The notes beneath the pieces were generated by a model. It ran no database searches and had not been told where the DNA came from. It was given only the letters and a program-made list of their open reading frames with translations. From positions 1 to 57,183 of the forward strand of contig JANMZN010000514.1 of the NCBI GenBank assembly GCA_031383285.1: a stretch of DNA of 57,183 nt, read 5' to 3'. The stretch's first letter is position 1. Each line of letters opens with the position of its first letter. This DNA is from Segetibacter sp. (GTDB lineage: Bacteria > Bacteroidota > Bacteroidia > Chitinophagales > Chitinophagaceae). The position numbers and the translations under genes are program-made. Positions 27,765 to 37,614 of this stretch are shown here, in pieces.

Positions 27765-28715
27765 CTATTGGTATATTACTTTATTAATAAATGATTTTAC
27801 TGTTAACTCACCTTTAAATAAACAATCAAGGCTTAGCAATAATGGCAATTCCGATTGTGCTTCAATTGGAACTTTGTGAATTACATTATCTATTGACCTA
27901 ACTCCTTCTAAAACAATCATATTATTTACATCCTTATTAAAAAATCCTTTTCCAATCAACAAGCCCAAGGTTCTATTCCTACTCAAGTCGTTCAAAGCAG
28001 TCAACCCAAAATCTCCTATTCCGGCATAACAAAATATAGCCTCTTCACTTAGATGGAACAAATTCAATAAACGCTTCATTTCATGAAGTGCTTTTGTAAA
28101 TATCAAAAACCGCACATTTGAGGAGTTGAAGCTAGCATCTACTATACCAACCACAATAGCATAAATATTTTTTATAATACTTAGGAATTCAGCACAAGCT
28201 ATATCTGTAGTAAAATCTACAATAATCAATTCTTTTCTAAATGCGGATGGAATAATCTTGAAATGCTCTACATTAGTACTAGCTATCGTAAATGAAGTTG
28301 GTATATCAAATATCATTTCATTAGCAAAGCTTGGTCCTTTAATAGAAGCCACTTCATTTGGAACGATTTCATTCAAACTCTCAGGAATCAATTTGCTTCC
28401 TTTTCCAAATCCTTTTGCACCATTCACAATTATTGTTTTGGAAGCCAGATTTAAAGTAGACACAAATTCGACCACCGTGTAAGACGGAATACATAGGAAA
28501 AGTAAATCAGAATCATTTATTTGATCAATATCATTTGTCGCAACAATTTGCTTACTTAACACCTTTGTAGGAAAATACTTTAGGTTCTTCCTTTTATTAT
28601 TAATGTCAGAAATTATCTCAGAATTTCTTGCAAATAGCAATATTTCATGCTCTTTATTAATTGCATTAGCCATTGCCGTGCCAAACGTTCCAGCGCCAAT
28701 TACAGATACTTTCAT
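27765..28715 (-). CDS. gpsA: NAD(P)H-dependent glycerol-3-phosphate dehydrogenase-like protein (divergent GpsA)
   Basis: VIGAGTFGTAMA, KGF, GPSFANE, KNIYAI, GIGDFGLT, SRNRTLG, EGV. Confidence 0.8.
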   Translation of the reverse strand: MKVSVIGAGTFGTAMANAINKEHEILLFARNSEIISDINNKRKNLKYFPTKVLSKQIVATNDIDQINDSDLLFLCIPSYTVVEFVSTLNLASKTIIVNGAKGFGKGSKLIPESLNEIVPNEVASIKGPSFANEMIFDIPTSFTIASTNVEHFKIIPSAFRKELIIVDFTTDIACAEFLSIIKNIYAIVVGIVDASFNSSNVRFLIFTKALHEMKRLLNLFHLSEEAIFCYAGIGDFGLTALNDLSRNRTLGLLIGKGFFNKDVNNMIVLEGVRSIDNVIHKVPIEAQSELPLLLSLDCLFKGELTVKSFINKVIYQ

Positions 28716-28927
28716 AAATCTTAAAAATTAATTACCAACCAAATAATCCGGTAATTCAGAGACAAAGAACAATAATAATTTATAGCCAAACAAATGAACT
28801 TCATAAATGGGAAGACAAGAAATAGATGGATCTAGATAAACAAGAAAAAGCGAATAATAATCTTTAATAATAATTATTCTTAACCGAAGAGCAGGTAATG
28901 GGGGAAATAGAAAATAAGCATAAGCTA

Positions 28928-29677
28928 TTACTTAGGGACAATATACTGTCTGATTTTTCTAAGCGGCTTCATAGCTAAAGTGTACCATTTTGGAGAAAGA
29001 CCATTCGATTTCCAAGCCATATAATCTTCTTTGTGCGCAGCAATCCTATTTTTCAAAGAACGGTTACTATGCCCTCCTGCACGCATATGTACTAGAACAC
29101 TAGGGATATAGTTTACTTTTATATTATTTAAAAACATGAATCTGAGTAAAAGTTCGTAGTCTGATGAATTTTTAAAATTTACATTGAAATAACCATAGTT
29201 TTCATAAACCTCCCGTTTCACAAAAAACGTCGGGTGAGGCGGCATCCATCCTTTGTAAAATAATTTTTTATTATAACCTCCAGCTATCCATTTCCTTAAT
29301 ATTTTCTTTGCATGATGAGCATCAACATACATCAAATCACCATATACACCATCACAATCTCCTGAACTAATTGTTTTGACCACTTTCTCAATAACTTGAC
29401 TATTTGGATAAAAATCATCAGAATTTAAAATACCAATAACATCTCCGGTAGCCATTTTAACACCTTTATTCATTGCATCATAAATTCCGTTGTCAGGTTC
29501 TGATAAAAAAGGGCCAGCGTGATTATTCTCTTTAATAATTTTATAGGTATTGTCAGTTGATCCACCATCAATTATTATATGCTCAATATTTGAATAAGTC
29601 TGAGCATTAACAGATAAAATTGTATCTTTTATCGTTGCTTCACTATTGTATGTTACAGTAATTATTGAGACTTTCAT
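28928..29677 (-). CDS. Glycosyltransferase family 2 (WcaE-like)
   Basis: MKVSIITVTYN, IDGGSTD, SEPDNGIYDAMNKG, LNSDD, PPHPTFF. Start moved to the ATG at 29677. Confidence 0.9.
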   Translation of the reverse strand: MKVSIITVTYNSEATIKDTILSVNAQTYSNIEHIIIDGGSTDNTYKIIKENNHAGPFLSEPDNGIYDAMNKGVKMATGDVIGILNSDDFYPNSQVIEKVVKTISSGDCDGVYGDLMYVDAHHAKKILRKWIAGGYNKKLFYKGWMPPHPTFFVKREVYENYGYFNVNFKNSSDYELLLRFMFLNNIKVNYIPSVLVHMRAGGHSNRSLKNRIAAHKEDYMAWKSNGLSPKWYTLAMKPLRKIRQYIVPK

Positions 29678-29710
29678 TTCATTACAAGGATAAACAAAGA
29701 AATACAATTA

Positions 29711-30253
29711 TTATGGCAAAATTTCACGACTTCTAATTTTCTCTGCAGGAATGCCACTATAAATTCCATAAGACTCCAAACTTTTAGTTGCAACGGACCC
29801 TACAGTTAAAATGGAATAAGCCTTGCAGATCATTCCAGGACATACAACTGATTGTGCCCCTAACCAAACACCTTCTTCTAAATGTATAGTTCCAACAATT
29901 AAATCGAAAGTAATTTTTTTATAATCATGATTCCCTGTTAACAATAATACACCTTGAGAAATGCAAACATTATTATCAATTATTACTTTTGCAAGGTTGT
30001 CTATCCAAACTTTTTCACCAATCCACACATCATCAGCAATGTTCAAAAACCAGGGATACTTAATGTGGACCGAAGGCTTTATTACAACTCTTTTTCCAAC
30101 TTTGGCTCCGAACATTCTTAATAAAAAACATTTGAAGCTACTAAAGAACGCCAGGCTATGATTGAAAAATACTGCATTTACAATACTCCATAAAGCTATT
30201 TTTATAGCAGATCCTGGCCTATACCAGCTATTGTTATACGCCGCTAATTTCAT
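29711..30253 (-). CDS. wcaF: WcaF-like polysaccharide O-acetyltransferase (hexapeptide repeat)
   Basis: LRMFGAKVG, IKYPWFL, WIGEKVWIDNL, CISQG, TGNHDY. Start 30253 (alternative 30271). Confidence 0.85.
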   Translation of the reverse strand: MKLAAYNNSWYRPGSAIKIALWSIVNAVFFNHSLAFFSSFKCFLLRMFGAKVGKRVVIKPSVHIKYPWFLNIADDVWIGEKVWIDNLAKVIIDNNVCISQGVLLLTGNHDYKKITFDLIVGTIHLEEGVWLGAQSVVCPGMICKAYSILTVGSVATKSLESYGIYSGIPAEKIRSREILP

Positions 30254-30899
30254 ACTTCTTTGCCTTTTCATTTACCTCTAACATTTCATATTTACCAAGG
30301 TTTTTAATAAAAAAACCAGTAAGTAGAAAAATAAATAGATATGAAAAAATATTAAATGTAAGGTGATGGTCCAAAGAACTAATAAAACTCCATTTGTGAT
30401 GATTCGCTAATACGATCAAAATAATTCTAGTGATGTTCAATGTCATTATAGATATTATTCCAAATAATAACCATTTTAGTTTAAAAACTATTGAGCCAAT
30501 ATTAGCTAAGGTAAATGCGGCCCAAAAACTCATTACTCCCCAGCCAAGACAAGATGGGTTAACACTTATCCCTGGAGAGTTAACGATTTTCAAAGAATGA
30601 TAATTTTTCTGTAGGGTTGAATATTGTAATATTTCTAAAATTGCGTTCGCCGAGTTAGTTAATATTCGTGTAACGCCAGTAATAATATTAAAATGATTTT
30701 CAAAAAATGAAGAATATACCAAGCCCCCTTGGCCGACAATACCTCGATATGCTGGAAAGAAGAAATAAAAGATAACAAAGTACCCAATAAACCTAACTAC
30801 AAATATATATGGTGATTTACTCTTCAAATTATTAGGTTCATTATTTATAAAGTGACTGAAATAAAAATTTATCAAAATAAATATAACATTATTAAGCAA
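30234..30899 (-). CDS. Exosortase/archaeosortase family membrane cysteine protease (probably the Bacteroidota XrtY-like type)
   Basis: Multi-TM protein with Cys-Arg-His triad in order: SCLG, LNITR, LDHH. Only TTG starts are available (30899, alternatives down to 30827). Confidence 0.75.
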   Translation of the reverse strand: MLNNVIFILINFYFSHFINNEPNNLKSKSPYIFVVRFIGYFVIFYFFFPAYRGIVGQGGLVYSSFFENHFNIITGVTRILTNSANAILEILQYSTLQKNYHSLKIVNSPGISVNPSCLGWGVMSFWAAFTLANIGSIVFKLKWLLFGIISIMTLNITRIILIVLANHHKWSFISSLDHHLTFNIFSYLFIFLLTGFFIKNLGKYEMLEVNEKAKKYEISGV

Positions 30900-30936
30900 A
30901 AATATTTCCTAAAATACATGAAATATTTCGCCCACA

Positions 30937-32097
30937 CTAATTAATGGTTCTTAGAAAATCATAAGAATCGGTCGGCTTGATAATGCTATAGTATGAAACA
31001 GCTAAGGTATGCGCTGCTTTACAATATACTTCATATTCAACTTGATCCATTTGCATAAACATAACAATTCCACATTTCGATTTTTCACTATTTCCAATAT
31101 CTACGTTTATTCCGCTTTTACCCTCTTTCAGTCCCATCCATGGAGTATAAAAACTCGTGATTATCGGCCTACCTACACTAAGGGATTCGTAAATAGCATG
31201 TCCGAAATTTTCACCTTTAGTCAAAAGTATGAAAGCATGATACTTTGATAATGTTTCCTGAACCATATCAGGAAATAAATCCCCTCTATACTTTACCCTG
31301 TCAGGCATTTGGTTTATCAATTGAATACATGATTTCCAATACGCATTATCTTTCACAGGTCCATAGATATCTAATGATATGTTTCGATCTAAATCTATTA
31401 ATAACTCTAAAGTGAATAGCAGGTTTTTCTTCTCAGTAATTAGTGACAAATAAACAAGCCTTAACTCTCCTTGTATTTTCTTTGGAATAGAAATATTTTG
31501 GTATGGAATTTTAGGGATATTTTTAGCAATAAATATACCTTTATTTTTTGGAAAATACTTTTTTATATCTTCTTTCTCTTCGAGGTTGGTAGCATGCCAA
31601 TTTGCTTTATTTAGAAGCCCGGACAATTTTAATATTTTTAAATAAATGCTTTTTTTAAAAGACTTTCCGGCCAATGCCCCCTTTTGTAGCATACCTCTTG
31701 GGCAAATGATTACTCCGAAATTGAATGACTTCCTCAACATCAAAATCCAAATAAAAAACTGAAAGGAAAAAATTCCATTGAGATATACAAAAGTGGGGTT
31801 TACAGCATTAATAATATTTTTTATTTCGCCTTTTGGGAAATTTCTTGTTGCATAAAAAACATTTAACTCCTTTTGTGTACCTACTAAATTCACTTCATTC
31901 CAACTATTAATTTTGATTGCAGACATTGGTTCGGTCATCGATAAATCATATGCACTTGCAAATACCGAAAAATCAATTTCATGCTCTAATGCAATAATTA
32001 AATTCGTTAATGATTGAATAGGTCCTCCAGCCCTGTAAGCAGGAAAAAAGTATTCATTTACAATTAGAATTACTGATCGCTCTTTTATTAAATCCAT
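30937..32097 (-). CDS. Glycosyltransferase family 4
   Basis: YFFPAYRAGGPIQS, CPRGML, GENFGHAIYESLSVGRPII. Confidence 0.9.
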   Translation of the reverse strand: MDLIKERSVILIVNEYFFPAYRAGGPIQSLTNLIIALEHEIDFSVFASAYDLSMTEPMSAIKINSWNEVNLVGTQKELNVFYATRNFPKGEIKNIINAVNPTFVYLNGIFSFQFFIWILMLRKSFNFGVIICPRGMLQKGALAGKSFKKSIYLKILKLSGLLNKANWHATNLEEKEDIKKYFPKNKGIFIAKNIPKIPYQNISIPKKIQGELRLVYLSLITEKKNLLFTLELLIDLDRNISLDIYGPVKDNAYWKSCIQLINQMPDRVKYRGDLFPDMVQETLSKYHAFILLTKGENFGHAIYESLSVGRPIITSFYTPWMGLKEGKSGINVDIGNSEKSKCGIVMFMQMDQVEYEVYCKAAHTLAVSYYSIIKPTDSYDFLRTIN

Positions 32098-32111
32098 TTT
32101 TTCAACAACCT

Positions 32112-33512
32112 CTAACTTTCTTTTTTTAGCAAAAAATTATTTACTTTTTTTACAAGGTATTTATTAAAAAGAAACCAGGTAATAAAATAAGTTAGTGTCC
32201 ATCCTAAAAATTTAGTTGTAGCAACTCCCAAACAAGGAATTAGAAAAAACAAAGGAGCAACAAACGACAATCCCCATATTCGATTAAGAGAATGACTAAT
32301 AATGTATTTGTAAATATACCCAATTAACAAACCAAAAAAGAAAATAGGAATAAACATAAAAAATGGTCCATAATCAATATACCTTTCTGCAACTAATCCA
32401 AGGCTAAAGCTTACGCCTTGATCTGCACCTGAAAATTGCCTTCCGGTATATTTGCTGGTTAAATACGAGTCATCGATCGATACTTTGCTTGGAAAAAAAA
32501 GTCGTGGTTTTAATACGTGCTCTAGGCCTCCCATTAATAACGCCCCGTCTTCAAACGGCAATACATCTGGTACTTGAGAAACACTCATTGCAAAATATTC
32601 TGTATATGATACACGATTGGCCAACGCTTCAACACCTTTATTAAAATTCTCACCAAAATTCTCGGAATTGAAGTTTTCACCAACCAATTGCCCAAGTTTC
32701 TGCAAACTACCTATCTTACTTTCTTGCGCTATTATTTGCGACTTTACACCCCCTGTCAAAAAGGTTCTGTACTCTCCTTTTACAACAGTCCAAATAACCA
32801 TCATAAAAAATGCGACTACTCCAAATATGCTTACTTGTATCATTCTCTTTACGTTTATCCTTGATGAGAATGTAAGAAAAGAAGCCACCGCCATAAACAA
32901 ATAATCCTTAAATGAGGACCAAAACCCTGATAAACTTAAAACCACTTCAATCAGGAGTATTAGGTACACCCATTTTTGATTGGAAGGAAACAATAAAGTG
33001 TGAATAATTAGCAATGTTAGGAAGGCCCATTTTACCCAAATCAAAGCAACCCCTGCTTGACTTAGGCCACCCAAATTCAAAACAATTCCTCCAAATATGG
33101 AAGCAACAAATGAGTACACAGAATATAATAATAATAACCGCTTCCCATCGAATTTTGAAAGCTCATTTACAAGTTGATATTCTTCATGAATTTTCACTTT
33201 TCTAATCACAAAATAAATTCCTAAGCTATATACTAGTGTAGCAAAAAGGGCCAGATAAGTTGTATAAATAAAAGTTGTTGGTGTTTGTGTTAACTCTATC
33301 ATTGTACGATTAAAAAAAATTCCATAAATCATTAACGTACAAACAGTCATCCAAAAAAAACAAACACCAAAAAAAATTATTTTCGGTTCATCGTGGCGCC
33401 ATGATATCTTGGCCAAGAAAACAAGCAATGCGGATGCTATTCCAAACAATTGCTTATCCGGAGAGAATAGCCATAAAATAGACAGTACCAAAGCCAATGG
33501 TGCGATGTTCAT
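32112..33512 (-). CDS. Wzy-like multi-pass membrane protein (probable polymerase)
   Basis: About 11 hydrophobic segments, periplasmic loop with PRLFFPSK and AERYIDYG, resembling O-antigen polymerase motifs. Confidence 0.55.
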   Translation of the reverse strand: MNIAPLALVLSILWLFSPDKQLFGIASALLVFLAKISWRHDEPKIIFFGVCFFWMTVCTLMIYGIFFNRTMIELTQTPTTFIYTTYLALFATLVYSLGIYFVIRKVKIHEEYQLVNELSKFDGKRLLLLYSVYSFVASIFGGIVLNLGGLSQAGVALIWVKWAFLTLLIIHTLLFPSNQKWVYLILLIEVVLSLSGFWSSFKDYLFMAVASFLTFSSRINVKRMIQVSIFGVVAFFMMVIWTVVKGEYRTFLTGGVKSQIIAQESKIGSLQKLGQLVGENFNSENFGENFNKGVEALANRVSYTEYFAMSVSQVPDVLPFEDGALLMGGLEHVLKPRLFFPSKVSIDDSYLTSKYTGRQFSGADQGVSFSLGLVAERYIDYGPFFMFIPIFFFGLLIGYIYKYIISHSLNRIWGLSFVAPLFFLIPCLGVATTKFLGWTLTYFITWFLFNKYLVKKVNNFLLKKES

Positions 33513-34373
33513 CTAATGCGATTTATCCCAAAATTCTGAAGGCCAGTTTCCTTCCCTAATGTTTTGTGGTAATTCTGAAGTTGGAATATAATCATACTTC
33601 TGTCTCAAAATTTTCTCCAAATATGCAGGATCATGATTTTCTGGATGAGAATGTTTGCTCATCTTCTCTACTATTTTCTGTTTATCTCTTCTAACATAAG
33701 CACCATGATGAAACATGCCTACTTCCAAAGGGCAATCAATATAACCTAAAAAATTGTTTGATAATTTAGGATTCATACGTAACATCGTTAACAACTTTTT
33801 TATCCTATGCTCATTCCAGGTTATCACCCTTCTCTCTTCAAACAAAACGCCGGCTTTCACAAATCCAAATTGATGATGTATCCAGGTTTCAGGAGGAACC
33901 CGGAGGTTCCAATTAAACCCATATTCATAAGCACTTACCCGCATTGCCTTAGGCTTTTTCTTTCCTAGATATTCAATAATAGCAGGCAAGGTATTCATGT
34001 CATAAATTTCATCTGCATCAACAATTAAAAAGTAATCAGGGGGTTCAAAAAAACGCTTAACATCTTTTAGCGGTACTCCATGAGGTTTTATTCCTTTTGA
34101 ACCATCAGACAGAATAGACATCATCTCATGGTTGCGGGAAGCTGTTTCATCATTGTACCTTCTTGTTATTACATGAACCTTGCCTTCCGGGTCAGGGAAA
34201 TCCAATGCATATTTTACTGTATTATCAGGGATTACACTTTTTGAAAAATAATCCCGATCATATTGAGTAATAATGCTTATCCCTGAACAAAAAGGGTACA
34301 TACTTTTTAGCAATTCAATTATGAAGTCCTCTTCATTAAGTGCTATACAAATTGCGTGTATTCTCAAGTTCAA
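33513..34373 (-). CDS. Hypothetical protein, probable GT-A fold (GT2-like) glycosyltransferase
   Basis: ICIALNEEDFI N-terminus and DYFLIVDADEIY (DxD). TTG start. Confidence 0.55.
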   Translation of the reverse strand: MNLRIHAICIALNEEDFIIELLKSMYPFCSGISIITQYDRDYFSKSVIPDNTVKYALDFPDPEGKVHVITRRYNDETASRNHEMMSILSDGSKGIKPHGVPLKDVKRFFEPPDYFLIVDADEIYDMNTLPAIIEYLGKKKPKAMRVSAYEYGFNWNLRVPPETWIHHQFGFVKAGVLFEERRVITWNEHRIKKLLTMLRMNPKLSNNFLGYIDCPLEVGMFHHGAYVRRDKQKIVEKMSKHSHPENHDPAYLEKILRQKYDYIPTSELPQNIREGNWPSEFWDKSH

Positions 34374-34390
34374 AATTTATAGATTAATAG

Positions 34391-35554
34391 TCAAGAATGG
34401 AAGACTGCACTTTCAATACGTTCTGCAATTTTTGTAAAAGTAAAAGATTGAATTTGATGAAAGGAAAATGCTGATCCTTTTTCCAGAATTGTCGGTAAAT
34501 TTATTATTCGTTTCAAAGTGTTTTCGAAAGATTCTATAGTTGGATCAATTACAAAGCCATTTCTTCCTTCTACAATCAAATCCATTGCTCCACCACATTT
34601 GTTACTAGCCACCACGACTCTTCCACATGCCATTGCTTCATTGATAGCCAAACCCCACGTTTCACCGGGACCACTAGAAGGCAATACAAATATGTCAGCC
34701 AACCTGTAAGCAACAGGCATCATTGATTGGTTTTGAAACGGTAGTAATGTAATGTTGGAAATATTTTTTACTTTCTGTTTTATTTCATTTTCTAATACAC
34801 CATTACCGATGATGATAAAGTGTATTTGTGGAAAATGCTGAGCAGTCTCAATAATGAACAACGGATTTTTCTTCTGTTCTAATTTACCCGCAAAAAGTAA
34901 TGAAGCTTTTCCATCAGGAATATTTAGTTTATACCTCCATTCCTTAGCTTGTTTCGCATAGCTACCATTTACATCATAAAAACGATCATTGTCGATGGCA
35001 TGAGGAGCGTAAACCAATCTTTCATTCTTAACACCATGCGCTTCAAAATATGCTTTATTATTAGTTCCTACGTATAAGGCCATGTCAATATGCCGATATA
35101 CCCAAGTTAAAAAAATACGCCTCAAGGCTTTCTTAATAGAAAACCCACTAGGTTCATCTAACAAAGTAGAATCGCCCCGAAACAAAATGGGAATTTTTCC
35201 TTTAAAATGTCGAAGTATTTTTAAGTGACTGTTGAATGCCCAGCCGAAAACCAACAAAGTATTTGCTTCATACTTATTGATTCGTTCTATCAAATCGGGA
35301 TTTACAATTCCTTTATAATTTGAAGAACCAGGATTTGTAGAAACATTGGGCACAAATTCAAAATCATAACCATCTAATAAGGGAATATCCCATGCCCTTT
35401 GCTTTCCAAATCCTGGATCAAACACCTTCTCTCTTGCTTCTTCGCCCCAAGTGTAAAATACTTTTACTTGTACATTGCCACGCTCAGACAGAAGTTTGAA
35501 TAGCGGTGCATAATATTGAATTGGATGCGTAGTTATGATAGCGATTTTGGTCAA
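34391..35554 (-). CDS. Glycosyltransferase family 4
   Basis: THPIQYYAP, FAGKLEQKK, ETWGLAINEAMACG. TTG start. Confidence 0.9.
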   Translation of the reverse strand: MTKIAIITTHPIQYYAPLFKLLSERGNVQVKVFYTWGEEAREKVFDPGFGKQRAWDIPLLDGYDFEFVPNVSTNPGSSNYKGIVNPDLIERINKYEANTLLVFGWAFNSHLKILRHFKGKIPILFRGDSTLLDEPSGFSIKKALRRIFLTWVYRHIDMALYVGTNNKAYFEAHGVKNERLVYAPHAIDNDRFYDVNGSYAKQAKEWRYKLNIPDGKASLLFAGKLEQKKNPLFIIETAQHFPQIHFIIIGNGVLENEIKQKVKNISNITLLPFQNQSMMPVAYRLADIFVLPSSGPGETWGLAINEAMACGRVVVASNKCGGAMDLIVEGRNGFVIDPTIESFENTLKRIINLPTILEKGSAFSFHQIQSFTFTKIAERIESAVFHS

Positions 35555-35574
35555 TTATATAGAGTAAATTTATT

Positions 35575-36210
35575 TTATTTTCTGCATTCAATGGCAACTG
35601 CATTTAGAAACCTATCTTCGCTTTCTACAAATTTGAACATATCATCTTCGCTATCATTAAACTTGCAATCACGAATGGCTACAAAACCTACACCCGCAAG
35701 TTCAATTGATAAAGATTTGCTATCCCACATCCATAAGTGGTGAGAATTGCCGAAAAAAGAACTTACTAATCCCTTAAACCCTTCAGGCCTTTCCTTTATT
35801 CCAAGCAATGAATACTCCATGAACCTTATGCTTGCTGAACGATTTCCGTTGTCGAGTTCGGTAATATAAGACCTTGCTAAAAATTCTATGTCTGGTAAAA
35901 CACATCTAAAAATGCCCCCTTTCTTTAAAATCTTGTATGAGTTCTTTAAAGAAAGTCTAAAATCATTTAAGGACAGGTGTTCCAACGTATGTGAACAATA
36001 AAGACCATCACAAGAATTATCTACAACAGGCAAACCTTTAACAATATTGCCATACAGTACATTTGCAGGGAAAACAACATTAATTTGTTTCCTAAGCAAA
36101 CTTCCAATTACAGGTATCTTCTGAATTCTAAGTGTAGGAGAGACGTCATAGTTCTTCCATTGATCAGGAGCTGATAAGCCACAACCATATTGAACATAGT
36201 TTTTTTCCAT
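35575..36210 (-). CDS. Class I SAM-dependent methyltransferase
   Basis: QYGCG, CSHTLEHL, LKKGGIFRCVLPD, HLWMWD. Confidence 0.8.
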   Translation of the reverse strand: MEKNYVQYGCGLSAPDQWKNYDVSPTLRIQKIPVIGSLLRKQINVVFPANVLYGNIVKGLPVVDNSCDGLYCSHTLEHLSLNDFRLSLKNSYKILKKGGIFRCVLPDIEFLARSYITELDNGNRSASIRFMEYSLLGIKERPEGFKGLVSSFFGNSHHLWMWDSKSLSIELAGVGFVAIRDCKFNDSEDDMFKFVESEDRFLNAVAIECRK

Positions 36211-36338
36211 TAGCTAAATAAGTTTATGCAAGTAAAATCACCAATAGATGATGGGTAAATTTAAATGGAGTTTTAAAAAAATCCTTTAACCTAAACCAAT
36301 TTAATCAGGAAAGGAACAAAATTCACTCAGCCATGAAA

Positions 36339-37604
36339 CTAGTAAGTGCCTATTACTTCATTTAATACATCTGCGACCATTGAAGCGGAGCTTTTTGCAG
36401 CGTATTTATTCAATTTTTCTAGATCAGGATTCCAATTGGTACTATTATTCAAAAAATAATTTAGCCCATAGTAAAGCTTCTTTTCAAATGCTTCCTGTGG
36501 TTCATTTTCTTCAAAAGTGACTAAATACTCATTGCTTTTAGTTTCCTGTAAAATGCTTATCACTGAACTTAAATGATGAAACAACGCAAACACAGGTTTT
36601 CGAGAGAGCAAAGCTTGAAAAATTTTACTAGCTGTATAGTGCATTTCAGTACTTCCAATTGCCAATACCCCAAAAGCATTAGTCAAGTTGTTGAGCACTT
36701 CCAGGTAAGGAATGCGTTCGTTTTTTTCTGTAATAATATCTGATATCCCATGTAACGTAGCATAATGCATCACGCTATTAAGCCTTCCGTAATTTGTGCC
36801 TACAAAATAAAACCTCACCTTGTTGTCAAGTTTTCCCGCAGTGCGAATTGCAGCAATTACTTTAAACATTTCATCAATAAAATAATGGGCTTTAGGCAAG
36901 AAGGCTCCTGCATAAATATAAGGTATTACATCCCCATCATCGCTCCATAACAACTTATCATTTTGGGGCTTAGCATTATAATCTGAAGGGTCAAAACCAT
37001 AGGGCATCCCTTTGTGTGGAATGCCTTTTAAATGCGGATTTCTTTTAAAAACATCCTCATAATAGGAAGATGAAACACCTGTAAAACCGGCAACTTTTTT
37101 TACTGCAATGGGTTCAAGAAGATTAGCAATTAAAGTTGCCATTTTTGCCCTACTGAAAAAGGAATGGCTGCCAGGGAATTCGTGCACCCAAGGATCAATA
37201 TAGTCAACTACATAAGGAACAGACGTTGCATCATGTACTTTTCTGCCTATCAGCGCAGTGTAAAATGGTGGAATTGGCACCCACATACAATCAATCTTTT
37301 CACTTTTGATTATTTCTATAGCTTTAAGCTTTAACTGGCTAAATGCGCGAAGAGAAATGTCTCCATATAATCGGAAACGGCCCACTTTCTTAGCATCTAC
37401 AAATTCAACTCTCACATTTTCATTTACTAACTTTATTAAATCTGCCGAAGTTTCTTCTTCATAATAAATAGGATTAACAGCCAAAACTATTGGCTGCCAA
37501 TTAAACTCCTTAAGAAAATTAGCGATTAGCCTCACTCTTAATACTCCAACGTTATTGGAAGGATACCAATGAGGATAAATAATCAGTAGCTTTTTAATAC
37601 TCAG
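36339..37604 (-). CDS. GT-B fold (GT4-like) glycosyltransferase
   Basis: Frame is open upstream of the ORF-track GTG (37535) and adds KKLLIIYPHWYPSNNVGVLR, a typical GT4 first strand. Only CTG (37604) or ATT (37598) can start it. Also contains VDYIDPW and ASKIFQ. Confidence 0.7.
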   Translation of the reverse strand: MSIKKLLIIYPHWYPSNNVGVLRVRLIANFLKEFNWQPIVLAVNPIYYEEETSADLIKLVNENVRVEFVDAKKVGRFRLYGDISLRAFSQLKLKAIEIIKSEKIDCMWVPIPPFYTALIGRKVHDATSVPYVVDYIDPWVHEFPGSHSFFSRAKMATLIANLLEPIAVKKVAGFTGVSSSYYEDVFKRNPHLKGIPHKGMPYGFDPSDYNAKPQNDKLLWSDDGDVIPYIYAGAFLPKAHYFIDEMFKVIAAIRTAGKLDNKVRFYFVGTNYGRLNSVMHYATLHGISDIITEKNERIPYLEVLNNLTNAFGVLAIGSTEMHYTASKIFQALLSRKPVFALFHHLSSVISILQETKSNEYLVTFEENEPQEAFEKKLYYGLNYFLNNSTNWNPDLEKLNKYAAKSSASMVADVLNEVIGTY

Positions 37605-37614
37605 TTTATTAAAA

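Noticed and set aside
28716-28927. Small gene or pseudogene in the gap upstream of gpsA
   Set aside because: Only very short minus-strand reading frames with no recognisable similarity; no clear promoter or repeat.
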